A stretch of 64,000 bases of DNA, from the NCBI GenBank assembly GCA_013265495.1, contig MU057560.1, positions 3,346,909 through 3,410,908 on the forward strand. Direction: 5' to 3'. Positions 59,748 through 64,000 of the stretch are shown here, in pieces. Position 1 is the first letter of the stretch, and every line of letters starts with the position of its first letter. This DNA comes from Vicugna vicugna (taxonomy: Eukaryota). The position numbers were made by a program, and so were the translations under genes. The notes beneath the pieces were generated by a model. That model was not told the origin of the DNA and ran no database searches. It worked only from the letters and a program-made list of their open reading frames with translations.

Positions 59748-59960
59748 TTGGGAGTGCAAGATTTGCAGACACTACTACATACAGAATAGATGAGCAACAA
59801 GTTAACACCGCACAGCACAGCGCACCACACGCAGTCCCTTGCAGTGACCTGTAACGGAGAAGCGCACGACGATGAATGTGTGTCTGCGCACGTCTGACTG
59901 GAGCGTTGTGCCGTCCCCAGAAGCTGACACAACGCTGTAAACTCGTGGCACCTCAGCTGA
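59748..59960 (+). mobile_element. Truncated cetartiodactyl/camelid L1 3' end
   Basis: ttgggagtgcaagatttgcagacact...aatagatgagcaacaag...gacacaacgctgtaaact resembles the L1 3' terminus of this lineage as recalled. Confidence 0.7.
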
Positions 59961-62762
59961 AGCAGCACATAAACCTCCAGCACTTTTCGGAGGTAAGTGT
60001 GATGCAGGTAATGAGTTTTATATGAACAGCATCTCCTCTCCCCTTGGTGTCCCAGCAGGTTCCTGGAACAAGCACCGGGAGGCCCTGTGGGTGACGGGAC
60101 ACAGACCAGAAGAAGAGGACCCTCCGCCATCTTCGCAAGCCTGTGCCCAGTACACGGACATAACCAAAGAAAATGAGATGAATACTGTTTAAACAAGACT
60201 CAGTCCAGAAACCGCATGGCGTAGAATCTTAACTGACATTTCTCACGAGGCGCTGAACGTCACTGTAACCGTCCTGTGATGAGCTCTTGAGCTGAACAGA
60301 AAGTGACTGGACGCGAAAACGGGCCTCAGTGACAGAGGAGGCAGTGGGGTCGCCCCGGAGATCTGAGCCAGCCCTGGCGTGCAGCAGGGCCCTGTCCACG
60401 AGCTTGTCTCCTTCTCTGCTTCCTCAGGTGTCCCCAGGTCACGGCCAGAAGGCCCAGGAGATCCCCCCTCGGTGGGTGTGAAGGTGGGGTCTGTCAGGGC
60501 CCGTCCCACCCCACCGCCCCTCCAGGGCTGGTCTCAGCGTGCTTGTCTCTCCGAAGAGCCAACTCTGCTTTTAAAAATAGAGACAAGGCGGGAGTGAGCT
60601 TCCAGAAAATGCTTTTCTGGACGTCTTCCCAGCACAGAGCATTTCCCTCTCATTCTCCGGAGCTGCTTCTCGCCATGCAGATGCTTCCAGGAAGGGCTGG
60701 CCCACGGAGGGTGAGAGCAGGTGCGGGCCTAGTGCTGAGATGGGAGGCGCCCCGCCACCCACCCCGGAAAACGCTCCTCCCCCTCTGCGAGGAGCTGCAC
60801 CACCAGTGCCAGGTGTGTGATGTCACCTTCCCTGGAGGCGCCTGTTAAAATGGCGAGCAGCCTTCTCCTCTGCGGCCAGTTTCACTGAGATGCGACTGAC
60901 GCGCGTCCCTGTGCAGGTTTGAGGGGCACAGCGTGACGGTCTCACCCTCGCGTCTGCGGGACGATCACCACGGTGGGTTTAATCATCACCCACTGTCTTG
61001 TATCCACACGATGAAAGGGAAGAAGCAAGAACTCCCTGTGATGGGAGCTCTCGGGAACCCTTTGGCCTTACTCTCCAGACACTTCCACGGAAGCTGATGT
61101 TCTGGGCCAGTTGTGGAGGTGGGGAGACAGCAGAGATCTGAGACCCTGGAAAGTGACTCAGGAAGGGGACACGCTTCCCACAGCACCCGCCGGCGCCAGG
61201 CCCCAGGGCCCTCCCATCAGGCCCGCGCAGGCAGAGGGGAAGGGCTGGGCAGGCAGGCGGTCCAGGTGCGGGCAGAGCCCCGTGGCGTGTCTCCCTCCAG
61301 AGCACAGTCATGTGACCAGGAGCAGGTGCAGCCACGGTGCCAGGGGGCGCGGGGCGACGTCACGGCCACTCCCCCAGGGTCCCCTAAATGCTGAGTGTCC
61401 CGGGCCAGCCCCAAGTCTGCTCCGACTAGTCTTGTAGCCAATGTGACTCACTCCAAGGCCAGTCACCTCGTCCCTAAGGCTTCACTCCCGAGCCCCAGAC
61501 TTGGACACCCCCATCCTGTCCTCCATCCCTCTCAGACACCTGGCAAGTGAGTTAAAGTGCCCAGAAACACCTGTGTTCCTGGGGCCCCGCAGGACCCGAG
61601 GGTGCAGGCCAGGAGCCCGGCCCGTCCCTGCTTCCCCTTGCAGGGGTGCCACACGGGCTGTGAGAGGCGCTGGTGCAGGAGCGTCCCCTCAGCCCTGTCC
61701 CAGCCGCGACCACCCTGAGTGCTGCAGACCCTGTCACACGCTGAGTGTCTCGGGGCTCTTGCCCCGCATGGTCCTCCTGCCCCAGGCCCACCTGGCTGGC
61801 TGCCTGGGGGTGGTGACACTGTGCAAGTCCACAACTAAGGCCCTAGCGGGGAAGGCCAGCGTCCTGCCTCCGGAAGAGTCCCCTTCTCCGGGAAAAGAAG
61901 GTCTGCTTCAGGGCGTTCACCTGGGTCCAGTCAGCAGCACTGTGCTGCTGGCACCAGGTGGACGTGCCGCACACCGCGAGGGGAGCGGCAGCGAAGACGC
62001 AGGAGCAGGCACCCGGCAAGGAACCGGCCGGGGAGCTAGACAGCAGGCAGTTCCTCCTAAGGTTTTAAAAACTTGTCTCACACTGTGAGTCACGATTTTA
62101 AAACTTAAAAAAAAATCATTTTAAAGGAATACATTACATAAATTCTTGAAAATTTTCTTTATTTAAGAATAGCTCTTGAAAAAGCTATTAAAACGTTTTC
62201 CTGCAGTTTGTATACATATATATCTAATTTTACATGTATTTTAATTATGTTGCACATCTGTGTCTCAACGGCTCTTGTTTAGTGAACATCCCTCCCAGCT
62301 TCTCAAGGGAACTTCTTCTGTGTGTCAGTCATGCTGGGTTGTGAACACAGTTACGATGAGGAAGGAAAATGATGGGATTTAAAAGAAAGTTTGAAAAGAA
62401 GAAGCAGGTTTTTTTAATATTATAATTGTTTTTCCGTCTTGTCATTCTTCCACTTTTTCCGCCACCATAAATTTATCTATTTTCTTCAGGAAATTCTTTA
62501 CTCTTTCCTTGATCTCTACCAATAAATTTTTCTTTTCTCAACTAAAAAAAGTAAGGACTACTCAGGGTTTCTTTGCAAAATAAGTACAATTTCAATTTTT
62601 GAACAGGAACAAGCTGGTAAGAAAGACATTCCACCAAAGGGCTGTGAGACGACACAGCCGGGACCGTTCTGGAGCTAGTGGATCCCTTGGGCCCCTGGCT
62701 TTTCCAAGCTGGGTTCGGGCATTGGAATCTGCTCTAGAAGTATCATGAGACTCACTGTCATT

Positions 62763-62778
62763 CACTCACTCACTCACT
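62763..62778. repeat. (CACT)4, possibly a decayed L2 tail
   Basis: Read directly; followed by cagtttattcac. Confidence 0.7.
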
Positions 62779-64000
62779 CGCTCAGTTTATTCACATGTCA
62801 AACCCTGCTTCCTACTCTGAGCTGCTATAAAGTGAAAATTCTGACTGGAAAGCCTTTTTCTCGTCCTCCTAAGAGCGTGAATTCATTCAGTAACTCCTAA
62901 GGACTCTTTTCTGGGGTGAGAAAAAAACATGTCACAGCACCAAGGAAATACGCTGTGGCGATTCTCCAGCTTTCCTCTCGTGGTCGCTTTGTGGCCTCTC
63001 CGTGCTGATCCGTGTAGATCCAGCTCATTGTTAACACTGGATGCTGTGAATTCAGCATCATTTAACTTATTTGCGTTATCCTGTTGTAGTCGCGCGTCAT
63101 TATTGAACAACTGACAGGAGCATGGAAAGGGTGTTATTAATGAGTGTTCACCTGCTCGTAAGTTAGCAGTAGCCCACGAGGGAAGCAGGACCAGGAAGCT
63201 GTGTAGCCGGAGTGAGGAGGCAGCGTGGGGGCAGCGGGCCTGCGGGCTCCGAGCACCCTCCCGGGTGGGCCCACTCCCTTCCTTGACGGCCGCGAGCCAC
63301 CTGGCTCCAGGCACGTGGACCTCACAGGAGCATGGTCGGGGCGGGCTGCAGCCAGACCTGTCAGCGTGGGGTGACGTGGCCTCAGGGAGGAGGGAGGACC
63401 CCGTGTGTGCAGGGTCCCACGGCTCGGCGCACGGGATGGGGGTCTGGCTCCATGTGCCCCGGCTTCACTGGGGAAGGGGCCCCGGATGAGGTGCTCGTCA
63501 GATACTGAATCTTTAAAGCAGCTCGTTGAGGTGTTTCTGTTGCTGTTCTGCGTGTGGAGACGCGATGATGCAGAGGATTCATGGCTTACGTCCTGCAGGT
63601 AACATACGTGGGGGGACACAGCTGCTGTGCTGGGTGGGATCTCCATCAGGGGGCAGCCCCAGGGACAGGGGCCTTGACCAGACAGCCACGTGTGTCTGAC
63701 CTGGGCTCTGTCCCGACTGCGTGTTGCTGCGTGTCAGGGTGGGCGTCCAGGAGGACGTGCCGGGGCTCCAGCCCGCGGCGTCTGCTCCCTTTCCTCCAGG
63801 ACGGTAGCCTTGCTGCAGAGTGTGCGCGTGCGTGTAGGAGAAACGCCGGGTTTCAGCTCCTGGCCCAGAACGGAGTCTCTTCCCCACCTCCACCGCAGAG
63901 CCAAGTGTGCTTTGTGCCTGGACAGGCGATTAACTGGACTCTCATGAGAGTGACTGATTCTTCCTAAGAACTTGGCAGCACCACAAACTCTTTTTACAAT

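Noticed and set aside
1-64000. Most ORFs in the six-frame track, including the 254-aa (33291) and 304-aa (43154) ORFs
   Set aside because: Rich in P/G/R/A/S/C, overlapping on both strands, often started at GTG/TTG and lacking recognisable domains, as expected by chance in GC-rich DNA
1-64000. Assignment to a known subtelomeric gene (FRMD1, KIF25, C6orf118, TEX29, SPACA7, C13orf46, WDR60 and DISC1 considered from memory)
   Set aside because: No candidate exon peptide matched what I recall of these proteins, so no gene symbol is given; a database search is needed

Overview
Mammalian genomic DNA, not microbial. It is GC- and CpG-rich, with interspersed AT-rich old repeats. The lineage is most likely camelid (Camelus/Vicugna), judged from two tRNA-derived SINEs and an L1 3' end that resemble camelid families as I recall them; a RepeatMasker/Dfam run would confirm this. 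I recognise no known protein-coding gene, tRNA gene, rRNA or CRISPR array. Nearly all ORFs in the track look like chance ORFs of GC-rich DNA or decayed L1 pieces. The window looks like a gene-poor, subtelomere-type region. It contains many old L1M/L2/MIR fragments, MER21 and MLT2 solo LTRs, a MER3 hAT element, several mini- and microsatellites and three CpG-dense patches (about 16.1, 20.8 and 24.5 kb). There are also low-confidence, unidentified candidate exons on both strands. Best leads: (1) a 13-unit minisatellite at 36.3 kb that is a tandem array of strong 5' splice sites on the minus strand and of branch-point-like CTAAC on the plus strand; (2) a CpG island at 24.4-24.6 kb lying exactly between a minus-strand donor and acceptor, inside a phase-consistent plus-strand exon chain, suggesting a possible unannotated sense/antisense pair; (3) apparent AT-to-GC drift of the repeats, suggesting GC-biased gene conversion; (4) several recent local duplications. 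None of these establishes a new biological system. Repeat boundaries were set by eye and are approximate.
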